Positions 1 through 15,607 of a stretch of 64,000 nucleotides of DNA are shown piece by piece. Under the pieces are notes generated by a model. It was given only the letters and a program-made list of their open reading frames with translations. It was not told where the DNA came from and searched no databases. The DNA is taken from NCBI GenBank assembly GCA_963834305.1, contig CAWIAX010000003.1:1024661-1088660 (forward strand), in the 5' to 3' direction. Source of the DNA: an uncultured Acidobacteriota bacterium. GTDB taxonomy: Bacteria; Acidobacteriota; Vicinamibacteria; Vicinamibacterales; 2-12-FULL-66-21. The translations under genes and the position numbers were made by a program. Positions within the stretch are counted from its first letter, which is position 1. The number at the start of each line of letters is the position of its first letter.

Positions 1-748
<748 letters not shown>

Positions 749-788
749 GCGCCGCCGGGAGCCGTCTGGCCGGGGCTCCCGGCGGCGC
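749..788. terminator. Perfect 15-bp inverted repeat between convergent genes
   Basis: GCGCCGCCGGGAGCC-N10-GGCTCCCGGCGGCGC; no U-tract. Confidence 0.6.
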
Positions 789-796
789 TCATGCGG

Positions 797-1409
797 CTAC
801 GGGATGGCGAAGACGGCAATCGCCGCAGGCTTTCCCAACAGGCCATCAATCATGTTGCCGAGGTGCGGTGCACCGGCGGGCGGATCTTCCGGCGTCAGCA
901 GCTGGCGGGCCAGATGGCTGCGGTCCGCCAGATCAGCCGGCCCGTGGCTGAACACCAGCAGCCAGACCTGCGAGCCGCGGCGCAGCCGCATCCCGCGGAC
1001 GCGGCCCTCGAAGTCCTCCTCGCCGTCGGCGCCAGCGACCACCGAGTCGAAGCGGCCGAACACGCCGAGCGGTTTGACGCCGCCGAAGTCCGCGTCACTG
1101 CACGCGATTCGGCACCTCGCACTGCGAGGGATCGTCGATGTAGACGAACCAGACCGTGTAGGCGTGCCGCCGCTTCAGGTGCTCCACGTCGAGGCGGCCG
1201 CTGACGCCGCTCCGGCCGATACAGAGCCTGGCTCGCCCCGAGATGTCCGGTTCCATCAAGGGTGCGACTGCCCCCTTCAATCTCCGCTGGCACTCGTCGT
1301 CGTTCGCGACCGCGTCGGCCGGCGCCGCCAGCAGGCCGAGCGCGGCAGTGAGCAGACTCGCGATGACGGTAGACCTGCGCAGCAGCCGTGTTCCTTCGTT
1401 CTTCTGCAT
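797..1409 (-). CDS. Secreted hypothetical protein (one frameshift near 1095)
   Basis: GAGGAGG RBS before ATG 1409; signal-like N-terminus (SLLTAALGLLAAPADA); continues in the 797..1063 frame. Confidence 0.65.
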
Positions 1410-1470
1410 ACGACCTCCTCGCCACACGCGGTGGCACTTGACGGAACGCCGAGCGGGGTGGTGAAGATGG

Positions 1471-3043
1471 CTACCGCCGTGGCGGCCAGCGCCTGGGCCG
1501 GCCTTTCTCATCGACGATCAGGTGCTCGGTCCCCGGCGGCAGCACCTGCAGCGTTTTCAGGAACTCGATGACCGCGTCCTGTTCGTCGGGCGGCAGGGCG
1601 CGGAAGGCCGATCGCGAGCCGGCCGCCTCTCCGCCGTGCGCCTGCACCGCCTGCCTGAGCGTCGTGAACTGGCCGTGATGGAAGAACGGCGGCTCGCTGG
1701 CGGCCCCCCACAGCTTCTTCGTGAGAAACCGCGGATTCCCGGCGAAGAACGCCGGCGACCCGGGGGGCTGGCTGGCGTCGAGCCCCTCGGCGTTCGGATC
1801 GTCGGGGCCGTCGCAGATGTTGTGCACCTTGAGGTCGGTGAATGCGGGGACGTGGATCACGCCGTCCGGCCCCGGCCGCAGGCGCGGCGCCGGCAGGTCG
1901 TGTCGGGTCAGGTCGAGCACGTACGGCGGCGCCTGGCCTGGCTGCAGGTTCCCCGGCGGGTTGAACGGATTGGGTTCGGAATAGATCCAGCCGCGCCGAT
2001 CGAGCGGCAGGCTGGGCACGTGGCACGACGGCACAGCCGATCGTGCGCGAAGCGGCGCTCGCCGACCAGCACGGCGGCCTCGACGTCCGGGTCGTCGGGA
2101 ATCACGCGGCCGGGCACGGCCATGACCGCCTGGAAAATCGACACCGCCGTGACGTCCGCGCGGGTCATCTCGCTGGCGAAGCCGTCGCCGTCCGGATCCC
2201 CGGTGCCGAACCGCTCCGTTGGCTGGATGCCGTGGTGGTGGTTGAACGCGTTGTTGGTGAACTGCCGCAGCGAGATGACGTTGCTGGCCTGGTGAAACGG
2301 CCGGATCGCCAGGCTCGGCGGATCGGCTGGGCCGGTCGTCTGCAGGCTCAGCGCGATCAGCCCTTCGACCGGCGACACGTCCCAGCGGCCATCCGGGAAC
2401 CGCGCGATGCGTCCGAACGGGATCCCCTTGCTCACGAGCGCGCTCGAACGGCCTGGCGCGACGCGGTCGCGGATGGCCTGCAGGTCCGACGTCATCTGCC
2501 TGGCCAGCATCTCGATAAAGCCGGAACCAAACATGCCGGGCGTGGCGCGCGAGTTGCCGGCCGACTGCAGCGTGGCCGGCACGCCGCGCTCGTCGACGGC
2601 TCCCTGCGTCTGCAGGACGTCGGCGCCGTCGAAGCTGGCAAAGTCGAAGCGCTGCCCCAGCACGAACACGTTGGTGACCACGTCGCCGCCGCCGCCCGGC
2701 ACCGGAAGGTTGTGGCAGCCGGCGCAGGAGTTGGCGTCGGGGGCGGAGACACGATTGAAGTTGCGCGGGAAGACCAGCGGCTGGGCCGGGTCGGACAGCG
2801 GCGCCCCCGTTCCCTTGCTCAGCGGCCGCCCGCCCCCTCCTGGGCCGTCCACACCGCGGTGAACAGCCGCTCGCCGTGGTTCAGCAGGGCACGAAGCGAG
2901 ATCCGGAACTCCTCGCCGTCTTCGAGGTGCCGGGGCACGCTGATCTCCCGGCCGATCGACGAGCCCGCCTGCCCGATCAGGGTGACAGCGGCCGCCAAGG
3001 TCAGCAGCACCGTGAAGATTGCGCCACGTCGCGCCAATGCCAT
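1471..3043 (-). CDS. Di-heme oxidoreductase (DHOR / cytochrome c peroxidase-like), frameshifted
   Basis: Signal peptide; CAGCH, and a second CASCH once an extra base near 2030 is removed; FTDLKVH, TKKLWG, FFHHGQ..LRQAVQAHGGEA, VIEFLKTL. Joins ORF pieces 2819-3043, 1908-2852 and 1471-2034. Confidence 0.82.
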
Positions 3044-3133
3044 GGTGTCCCTCCAGGGATCTCCGGACCCCGGTGTCTGAGCCGCAGCTGGCTGGCAGTG
3101 CGGCTCACGATGGGGGGGAACGGCGCGGGATGC

Positions 3134-3177
3134 AATGACGGGCTGGTGATATCGGGATGAAAAACATCTGACGGCCG
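3134..3177. promoter_or_regulatory. Four TGA cores at exact 11-bp spacing, candidate wHTH binding array
   Basis: TGA at 3136, 3147, 3158 and 3169 in the divergent intergenic region. Confidence 0.45.
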
Positions 3178-3221
3178 TCCGTACACCGGTCTGGTAGGAT
3201 CGAGGCTCCGTAGAGGCAACC

Positions 3222-5334
3222 GTGGCCAGCACCATGCCGGACCCGCAAGTCGTTCGGTTCGGAGAGTTCGAGCTGGATCTGCGTTCCGGCGAGCTGGCGC
3301 GCAACGGCAGCCGGGTGCTGATGCCCGACCAGCCGCTCCGGCTCCTCGCCCTCCTGATCCGCGAGCGCGGCAGCCTGGTGACGCGCGATGAGCTGCGCCG
3401 CCAGCTCTGGCGGGACGACACGTTCGTCGATTTCGAGCCGAGCCTCAACGCGGCGGTCAAGCGGCTCCGCGAGACGCTTGGCGACTCGGCCGTGGCCCCC
3501 CGCTTCATCGAGACCCTGCCCCGGCGCGGGTACCGCTTCATCGCGCAGGTCACGGACGGGGGCGTCGCCGCCGTCGGCCGGGGACACCGGGAGGCCGGCG
3601 GCGACCCTCGTCCTGCTGGCCGCGTTCGCTGTCGGCATCGCTGCCTGGTCGCTCAACGGCGCCCTGCGCCCCAGTCGCGCCGGACCGGCAGGCCCCGACG
3701 TCGTCCGGTTGACCAGCATCGGCGCGGTGCGGCTGGCGTCGCTCGCACCGGACGGGCGGCGGTTGGCATACGTCAGGACCGACGGCGTCCGCGAGAGCCT
3801 GTGGCTCCGGTCGGGCGGCGAGGCCGATCACGTTCAGCTCGTCCCCCCCGCGATGGCACCTTCAGGTCGCTCACCTTCGGCCCGAACGACTTCGTCTATT
3901 TCACCTTCTTCCAACCCGACCAGACAGCGGTCGGCCTCTACCGCGTGTCCGTTCGCGGCGGCGAGCCTGAGGCGATTTCACCGGCCACCGGCGGGATTTC
4001 GTTCAGTGCCGACGGATCGCGCTATGCCTACGTGTCGAACATGTCCGTGGCGATGCGTGAGAGCCGCATCGTGATCGTCGACATGGACCGCGGCAGCGAG
4101 CGGGTGCTGGCGATCCGGCGCCCGCCCGACAGCTTTCTCAGGACCCCTCCCGCCTGGTCGCCGGACGGCAGCCGGCTCGGGGTGTTCGGGGTGAGCGACC
4201 AGGCGCCGGCGATCTTCGAGCTCATGACAATAGGCGTGGGCGACGGCAAGGTGATCGCATCCGCGCGGGCTGCAGCTGGGCTCGGTCGAGCGCGCGCTGT
4301 GGCTGCCCGACGCCTCCGGCTTCGTCGTCAGTGCGAGCGCGTCCCGGGCCTCGCCGCAGCGCTTGTGGCACGTATCGGCCCGGTCTGGAGCCGTGCAGCC
4401 GCTGACCCATGACCTCAACGACTACAGCTCGCGGGACCGACACCGGACGGCCCGGGCGTGGTGGCCGTCCGCGGCGAAATAGCGCGAACCATCTGGGCCG
4501 CGCACGTCGACGACCTCGACAGCGCGCGGCAGATCGCCCTTGATTCGGGCAGCCTGAGCGGGCTCGAAGGGCTGGCCTGGACACCCGATCATCAGCTGCT
4601 CTACGCCTCCGCCGAGTCCGGCACTGCCGACATCTGGAGTCTCGATCCGGACGGGGGAGCCCGGCACCGCCTGACCAACGATCCCGCGGACGACTTTCAT
4701 CCAGCGGTGTCGGCCGACGGCCAGACGGTCGTGTTCGCCTCGAACCGCTCCGGCGCGCCTGGTCTCTGGGCGATGTCGAGGGATGGCACGTAACGTCCGG
4801 CGTCTCACCACGGGCGCGGATTCGCGGCCGGCGATCCCGGGAGACGGCCGCTCGGTCGTGTTCGAACGGATCGGTGTCGATACGACCCCCTTCGCGCTCT
4901 GGCGCGTGCCGGTGGACGGAGGACCGGCGGTGTGCATCGGGACGCCGTACTGATGCGGCCGGCCATATCGCCGGACGGCCAATCGATCGCCCACTACTGG
5001 ATGACCCCGGAGAAATGGATGCTGGCGATCACCCGGGAAGCGGCGGACGTGCCGGCGCAGTCCTGGCCGATCCGGCGGACGCATCTCGACCGGATACTCC
5101 GCTGGTCCGCGGATGGACGGCGATCGCGTTCTCGATCGTCATGGCGGCGCTTCGAACGTCTGGCTGGAGACGCTGACTGAACGGTCGCCGGCCCGGATGA
5201 CGCACTTCACGCAGGGCGTCATTTCGACCTTCGACCTGTCCCGCGACGGCTCCAGGCTGGCCTGGACCCGCATCAACGAGGTCAGGGACGTCGTCACGTT
5301 CGCCGTGGACGCGCCGCCATCCCGCGACTGGTGA
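3222..5334 (+). CDS. OmpR/PhoB-type wHTH regulator (CadC/ToxR-like) with TM segment and TolB/PD40 beta-propeller, multiply frameshifted
   Basis: RFGEFELDLRSGEL..LVTRDELRRQLW..PRFIETLPRRGYRF; hydrophobic segment LVLLAAFAVGIAAWSL; repeats SPDG/SADG/SRDG in successive frames. Confidence 0.85.
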
Positions 5335-5385
5335 CGGGCCACGCATCCGCCCGGCACACCACGCCGCCGGCGCTAGACTGGCGCC

Positions 5386-6032
5386 ATGAGCACCACCAAT
5401 CGCGACGCGGCGAAGCCGATCCCTCTGCGCTCCGCTGCCGAGCCGGCGGCCGCCGGTGTGCCCCGCCGTACGGCACTTCAGGCGCTCCTCGGCGCCGCCG
5501 GCGCCGGGTTCGCGCTGCCCTCGGCGGTGGCCGCGCAACACCCGATGCATCAGCACCTCGCCAATCCCGAGGCGCTCGAACGGGCGCAGCAGAACGCGGC
5601 GGCCGCAGCCGCCACGGCGGCGTTCCTCGACGACCATCAGGCGAAGACGCTCGAGGCGCTCGCCGAGGCCATCGTGCCCGGGTCGACAGGCGCCCGGGTC
5701 GCGCCATTCCTCGACCAGCTCCTGGCCGTTGAGTCGGCCGCGAATCAGCGCGCCTTTCTCTCCGCGCTCGGCGCCTTCGACATGGCGGCGGTCAACGGCC
5801 ACCGTAAGGCGTGGGTCGCGCTGACGCCGGGGGAACAGGATGCGCTGCTGCGCGACGCCTCCACCGCGGACGGGAAGACGTCGGCCATGCGCGGCCACTT
5901 CGAGAACCTGAAGAACTGGATCGCCGGCGCGTATTACTCGTCCGAGGCCGGCATGCGCGAGCTGGGTGGGACGGCGGCGTGTTTCATGCCCAGCTGCCCG
6001 GGTGCACGCACCCTGGCGGCCACCAGGCCTGA
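5386..6032 (+). CDS. Gluconate 2-dehydrogenase subunit 3-like small subunit, Tat signal
   Basis: PRRTALQ twin-Arg signal; LAEAIVPG, LKNWIAGAYYSSEAGMRELG; frameshifted tail WDGGVFHAQLPGCTHP. Confidence 0.82.
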
Positions 6033-6046
6033 TCGGGAGCGCCATC

Positions 6047-7720
6047 ATGCAGACGACGAGCTTCGACGTGATCGTAGTGGGCTCTGGCGCGTCCGGGGGC
6101 TGGGCGGCCAAGCGGCTGTCCGAAGCCGGCATCAAGGTGGCGCTGCTCGAAGCGGGGAAGCCGCAGGGGGACGCCGATTTCACCGAGCACGTGCCGGCAT
6201 ACCAGCTCACGTATCGCGACCGGGCGAGCGACTGGATACGCCGGACGCGTCCGACGCAGCGCGACTGCTACGCCTGCCGCGAGTGGAACTACAAGTGGTT
6301 CGTCAACGATCTCGAAGAACCCTACACCACGCCGGACAACAAGCCGTTCAGCTGGCAGGGGCGCACCCGCGTAGTCGGCGGGCGCACGAATGTCTGGGGC
6401 CGGCAGTCGTACCGGTTCAGCGACCAGGATCTGCACGGCAAGTCGTTCGACGGCTACGGTGAGGACTGGCCGATCTCGTACGCCGACCTCGTGCCGTATT
6501 ACGAGCTGGTGGAAGACTACGTCGGCATCTCGGGGCAGGCCGAGAACGTGCCGGAGCTGCCCGACAGCCGCTTCCATCCGGCGATGCCGATGAGCTGCGC
6601 CGAGACCCAGCTGCGCACCCGCGTCAAGAGCAGGCTTGGCTATACGGTGACGATCGGCCGCGCCGCCAACATCACCCGGCCGATCAACGGGCGCGGCGCG
6701 TGCCACTACTGCGGTCCTTGCGAGCAGGGCTGCGTGACGCACTCCTACTTCAACGCCGCCTTCACGACCGTGGCCGACGCGCTCAAGTCCGGGAACACCA
6801 CGCTCATCACCAACGCGATGGTCTACAAGGTGCTGACCGACCCGTCGACCCACAAGGCGTCCGGCGTGATGTACATCAATCGGGTCACGCGCGAGGTGCG
6901 CGAGGTGCGCGCCCGCGCGGTGCTGCTCTGCGCGCAGGCCCTCGAGTCGGCCCGCATCCTGTTCAATTCGGCCGAGGGCGGCCTCGCCAATTCGAGCGGC
7001 GTGCTCGGGCACTACCTGATGGATCACACCTGGGTGGCCGGCGGCGCGGCCGGCGAGTTCCCGGATGCCCCGGCGCCCAAGCCGTCGCTCGGTGCGCCGC
7101 GGCGTCCGAACGGGCTCTACACGATCCGGATGAAGAACACCATGAGCGGGCCACGCGAGAAGAACTACCTGCGCGGCTTCGGCTTCCAGGGCGGCGGCTC
7201 GACCAGCTTCCGGATGAACGCCCCGGGATACGGCGCCGCCTTCAAGAAGGGGGTGCTCGATCCGGTGACGGCGATCAACCTCGTGGGATTCGGCGAGGTC
7301 TGCCGCGCTACGACAACTTCGTCGCGATCGATCCCGCGGTCGTCGACACGTTCGGCATCCCGGTCCTGCGGATCTCGATGAGCTGGGGCGAGAACGAAAA
7401 GGCGATGATTCCCGACATGGCGGTGACCGCCACCACGATGCTCGAGGCCGCCGGGGCAAAGAACATCGAGCCGTTCACCGTGCTCGACCGGATGCCCGGT
7501 TACGGCATTCACGAGATGGGCACGGCCCGCATGGGCAACGACCCCAGGACATCGGTCCTCACCCCGTTCCTGCGGACGCACGACATCAGCAACCTCTACG
7601 TGATGGACGCGTCGTCGTTCGTATCCGGCGGATGTCAGAACCCGACCCTGACGCTCATGGCGCTGGCCGTGCGGGGCTGCGACTACCTGATGGAAGAGAT
7701 GCGGCGCGGCAGCGCCGCGC
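6047..7720 (+). CDS. GMC family FAD oxidoreductase, large subunit (frameshift near 7300; end approximate)
   Basis: DVIVVGSGASGG, VGGRTNVWG, CHYCGPCEQGC Fe-S motif, IHEMGTARMG, NPTLTLMALA. Confidence 0.9.
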
Positions 7721-7722
7721 GG

Positions 7723-7752
7723 TTGGGCAAACGCGGGGATTCGCCATACACT
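7723..7752 (+). promoter_or_regulatory. Candidate sigma70 promoter; possibly a leaderless start at GTG 7760
   Basis: TTGGGC-N18-TACACT, followed 7 nt later by GTG; no obvious RBS. Confidence 0.4.
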
Positions 7753-7756
7753 TGCG

Positions 7757-8190
7757 GTGGTGTTCCGCGTCCTTGCCGCGACTGTCGCCGCAGCCATGCT
7801 GTCGACCTCAGGGTCGGCGGCGTTGCAGCACGTCCACGTCTACGTCGACCACGATCACGCCGACCACCACCACGGCCCCGCGTCGCACGGGCACTCCGCG
7901 GCGGCGGCGGCACCGCGCTCCCCGGACTCCACAGCGCCCGCCGGCCTCGCACGAGCGGTGCAACGCGGCTCGAGGGCTGTGACCCGGGCTCGCATGCCGT
8001 TGCGGTGGTCTTCACTTACGTGGCGCCTCACCCCGACCACGTGCCCGCCCCGGTCCCGCTCGAGGCGATCCTTGTGGCGCCGCCGGCGCCGGCGTGGCGC
8101 CATGTCACGCCGTCCGACGTACGGGCGCACAGTCCACCCCGACTCACCGACACTCCGCTTCGCGCCCCACCTGTGGTCCACCTCGCCTGA
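7757..8190 (+). CDS. His-rich small protein ending in a RAPP motif (DUF2946/CzcI-like leader), frameshifted
   Basis: Signal-like N-terminus, HVHVYVDHDHADHHHGPASHGH, then in the next frame RAHSPPRLTDTPLRAPPVVHLA*. Confidence 0.7.
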
Positions 8191-8247
8191 CCACGTGACC
8201 GGCTGACACGCCGGTTACCCCGTCCGTTCGTTCAACCGAGGGAAGTT

Positions 8248-9464
8248 ATGTCGAGCCGAGCACCTGTGTGTGCCTGGATCGCGGCGTGTGCAGTGGTCGT
8301 CCCGATCGTGGCGGGGGCGCAGGAGCGCCCGGCGCCCGAGATCGTGGAGGCCATCGTGCGCGACGGGCCGCGAGCCAACGCGATTCGATCCGACGTGGAC
8401 GTCGTCCGCCGTGAGCAAGACGCCGCTTGGCATTTCCGAATCCGGGTGTGATGTATAGCCGGGAGGGTGCCGGATTCACGGAGTTCCTCCAGGTCGAGCA
8501 GCCGCTCCCCATCTTCGGGATCCGCGGGGCCCTCTCTCGCGCGGGCGTTGCCGCTACCGCCGCCGCTGAAGCCCAGCGCGATGCGCGGCTCTGGGACCTG
8601 CGGGTGGAGGCGGCGCGGCTGGTCACTCGGTGGCTCTGGACGCAGGCGCGGGTCGAGGCGATGACCGCGGATACCCAGGCGGTCGAACGGCTGGTCGAGG
8701 TGCTGCGGGTCCGCGAGCGCGAAGGCGAGGGGTCGCGCTTCGACCGCCTGCGCGCCGAGCAGGAGGTCGCCGAACTGAAGCAGGCCGCCGTCTCGCGCGC
8801 CATCGAGTTGTCCGACGCGCGCGGCGCCGTCGCCGCGCTGCTGCCGCCTGGCGTCACCGTCACGCGAGTGACGGGTCGCTCTTGGCGGTGCTCGGACGGC
8901 CGCTCGATCGCGAGGCCCTTGTGACGCGCGCCCGCGCGACCCGAGCCGAGCTTCGCGCCCTGCAGTTCGGCCTCGATCGGTCCGCGTTGGAAGCCGATGC
9001 CGCCAGGCGGTCGCGGTGGCCCGCGCCGGTGGTCAGTGGAGGCCTGAAACGCGCGGACACCGACGTCGCACGGGAGCGTGGCGGGGTGTTCGGGCTGAAT
9101 GTGACCATCCCGCTGTTCGACACCGGAGGGCGTGACGCCGCTCGCTGGACGGCGGAAGGCGCGCGAATCACGGCCGAGCGCACGGCCATCGAACAGCAGG
9201 TGCGCGCGGAAGTGGTGCGCGCCGCCGAGGCGCTGGCGCTGCGCCAACAGGCGATCGCCGACGCCGGTGACGACGCCGTCGCCGCGGAACTCGTCGACCA
9301 CCGCGGAGGTGGCCTATCGCGAGGGGGAGATTGGGATCGTCGTGCTGCTCGACGCCGTGCGCACGGCGTCGCGGGCACGGATGCGCGACCTCGATCGACG
9401 CCTCGACGTGCGTCTGGCGGAAATCGCGCTCGAACGCGCGGTGGGAGAAGGGCTGTGGCCATGA
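8248..9464 (+). CDS. TolC/CzcC-family outer membrane efflux protein, frameshifted
   Basis: FPNP, LNVTIPLFDTG, AYREGEIGIVVLLDA, LERAVG across frames; first gene of an RND operon. Confidence 0.85.
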
Positions 9465-10988
9465 AGTCGATGCGTTGGATTCCCGTGCTGCTGCTGGTGG
9501 CGTCGTGCAGCCGGCCCGCTCCGGAGCCCGTCGCCGAACCCGAGATCGAGCCGCTGGCCGTCACCCGGTGGACGGACAAGACGGAGCTGTTCGCGGAGTA
9601 CCCGCCGCTCGTCGTCGGCCAGACGTCCCGCTTCGCGATTCATCTCACGCGGCTCGACTCGTTCAAGGCGCTGACCGCCGGGCGCGTCGAGGTCCACCTG
9701 AGCGGCGGGCGCGGGCCGGCCGAGGTCTTCACGGTGGACGCGCCGTCGCGGCCCGGCATCTTCGGCGTGGACGTGACGCCGGCGCGCGAGGGCCCGCGCG
9801 AGATGGCCATCGTGCTCCGCCTGCCCGGACTCGACGACGAGCACCGCGTCGGCGCGGTGACGGTGTATCGCGACCAGGCCGCCGCGCGGCGCGGCGCCGG
9901 CCCCGGACGAGCCCGCGGCGGAGTCGATCAGCTTCCTGAAGGAACAGCAGTGGGCGCTCGACTTCGGCACGGCCGTGGTCGGCGTGGCGTCGGTGCGGGA
10001 GAGCCTGCGCGTCCCGGCCGCGTCGTGGCGCGCCCCGGTGGCGCCGCCGACGTCGCGGCGCCCATCGATGGCCGCCTGGTGCGCGTCGCCGACTGGTGCC
10101 GGGGCCGCGGTGACGGCGGGCCAGGAACTGGCGCGGGTGCAGCCGCCGCCATCGGCGCCGGCCGACCTCCCGCAGATCGACAGGCGCAGGCGGAAGCCGC
10201 CACGGCCCTGCAACTGGCGACGCGGGACCGCGAACGCGCCGAGCGGCTGGTGGCGGCGGGCGCCGCGCCGCAGAAGCGGCTCGACGAGGCACGCGCGGCC
10301 GAGGAGCAGGCGCAGGCCCGCGTGACCGGCGCCGAGGCGCGGCTGGCGCAGTACCAATCGGCGCGCACGGCTGGCGCGGGTCCGGCCGACGACGGACTGT
10401 TCGTGCTGCGGTCGCCTGTCGGCGGCGTGATCGCGGAGCGCACCGCCACGACCGGCGCCAACGTGGCGGCCGGCACGGTGCTGTTCCGCGTCGTCGACGC
10501 GCGACAGGTGCAGGTGGTCGGCCAGGTGCGGGAAGCGGACCTCGCGCGGGCGCGGCAGGCGACGGCCGCCGAGCTCGAGGTGCCCGGGCACGATGCGCGC
10601 GTGCCCGCGGGTCGGCTCGCCAGGCTGGGACGGTGCTCGATCCGGCCACGCGCACCGTGCCGATCACGTTCGCGCTCGACAACGGCACCCTACGGCCTCG
10701 CGGTCGGCCAGAGCCGTGTTCCTGCATCTGCTGCTGGACGAGGCCGCGTCGCACCCGGTGGTGCCGGCGTCCGCCCTGGTGGACGACGCCGGACGGCCGA
10801 TCGTGTTCGTGCAGCGCGAAGGGGAGGCGTTCGAGCGGCGCCCGGTCACGCTCGGGGCGCGGTCCGGGAACGTCGTCCAGGTGACCAGCGGCGTGAAAGC
10901 GGGCGAGCGCGTCGTGACGACCGGCGCCTATCTGGTGCGGCTGGCGTCGCTGTCCACGCAGGTGCCCTCGCATGGCCATGTGCATTGA
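9461..10988 (+). CDS. RND efflux membrane fusion protein (CzcB/CusB-like lipoprotein), frameshifted
   Basis: Lipobox LVASC; TELFAEYPPLVVG; LRSPVGGVI; FERRPVTLG; C-terminal SHGHVH. Confidence 0.85.
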
Positions 10989-11001
10989 TCGGGCGACCGT
11001 C

Positions 11002-14166
<3,165 letters not shown>

Positions 14167-14170
<4 letters not shown>

Positions 14171-15063
14171 GCGGAGATCACCCGCACGGCGCAAGCAACA
14201 CCAGCGTGAGCCGGCTGGGATGGACCCTGGCGCTGGTCGTGCTGTATGCCGGGGTGGAGGTCGCCGGCGGCGTCCTCTCCGGGTCCCTGGCGCTGCTGGC
14301 CGACGCGGGCCACATGGTCTCCGACGCCGGGGCCATCGGCCTGACCCTGTTCGCGATGCAATTCGCGCGGCGCCCGCCGTCGCCGGCCTGGACGTTCGGC
14401 TATTACCGCGCCGAGATCCTCGCCGCGCTGGTGAACGGGGCCACCCTCGTCGGCATCGCGCTGTTCATCCTGGTTGAGGCGGTCGAACGGCTGCGCACGC
14501 CGGCCGCCGTGGAAGGGCCACTGATGCTGGCGGTGGCCGGTGGCGGATTGCTCGTGAACGTTGCCGGGCTCTACCTGCTACGCGGCGGCCAGGGTGCGAG
14601 CCTGAACATCAGGGGGGCGTGGCTGCACGTCCTCACCGACGCGCTTGGGAGTGCCCAGGCCATCGCTGCCGCGATCCTGATCTGGATGTTCGGCTGGAAC
14701 TGGGTGGATCCCGTCGCGTCCATCCTGATCGCCCTGCTGGTCGTGTACTCGTCCTGGTCTCTTCTGCGCCAGTCGGTCGCGGTGCTCATGGAGGGGGCGC
14801 CCGGTCATATCGATGTCGATGCGGTGCGCGACGCGCTGGGCGCCGTTCACGGTGTGGACGACGTGCACGATCTGCACGTCTGGACGATTACGAGCGGCTT
14901 CGTGGCCCTGTCAGCGCACCTGGTCGTGGGCGCCTCCGCAGACGCGGCGGATGTGCTGAGCCGCTCGGAGCGGTGCCTCGTCGACCGATTCGCCATCCGG
15001 CATTCGACGCTGCAGCTCGACGTCGGCACCCGCTGCGGCCAGGCGCGTCACGACACGCACTGA
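14167..15063 (+). CDS. Cation diffusion facilitator (CzcD/ZitB-like)
   Basis: SLALLADAGHMVSD, GAWLHVLTDALGS, VHDLHVWTIT, HSTLQ. Confidence 0.93.
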
Positions 15064-15305
15064 CATGTGTCCCTGACGGGTGAGCGTCGCGGCAACCGGC
15101 GGTGCCCCCTCAGCCCAGCCGGACGGGCCGCGGTCCCTTGGGAGTCATCGCCGACATCAGCGGAGAGGCACCGCGAGTGCCGATGTTGGGCGCACGGAGT
15201 CGAGATCTTCTTGGGGAATCTTTCGCTGCCGCCGGAATTTCTCCCCGAACGTGCCGGCGACTGTAGGCGGACCGGCGATTCTGTTCGGGTGCTCGGGCTG
15301 ATACG

Positions 15306-15321
15306 CGGCACGACGATTGCG
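15306..15321 (+). promoter_or_regulatory. Sigma54 (-24/-12) promoter upstream of the SHOCT gene
   Basis: CGGCACGACGATTGCG: GG-N10-GC with the GGCACG..TTGC core. Confidence 0.6.
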
Positions 15322-15374
15322 GAAGGACGGATGTGCAGGTCGAGGCCCGGCCCACTACATTGAAGGAGTCTCGA

Positions 15375-15596
15375 ATGTGGCCTGGTTGCGAGGGACATAT
15401 GGGTCTGATGTGGCTCTGGTGGCTGTTTGGACTCTGCGTGCTGGTGGCCGCTGTATGGGCCATCACCCGTGCTGCCGGATCGCCGGCGCTGCGAGGGGAC
15501 GGGGAGTCGCCTGAGGCTATTCTGAAGGGCCGGTACGCGCGCGGTGAGGTCGACGAGCAGGAGTACGAGCGCAGGCTGGCCAATCTGAGGAAGTAA
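15375..15596 (+). CDS. Small membrane protein with SHOCT domain
   Basis: AAGGAG RBS; one TM helix; PEAILKGRYARGEVDEQEYERRLANL. Confidence 0.85.
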   Translation: MWPGCEGHMGLMWLWWLFGLCVLVAAVWAITRAAGSPALRGDGESPEAILKGRYARGEVDEQEYERRLANLRK

Positions 15597-15607
15597 CGCC
15601 GCGCTGA

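Noticed and set aside
6700..8190. Apparent GMC-RAPP peptide fusion
   Set aside because: The GMC domain is complete by about 7710, and the His-rich ORF has its own start in another frame.
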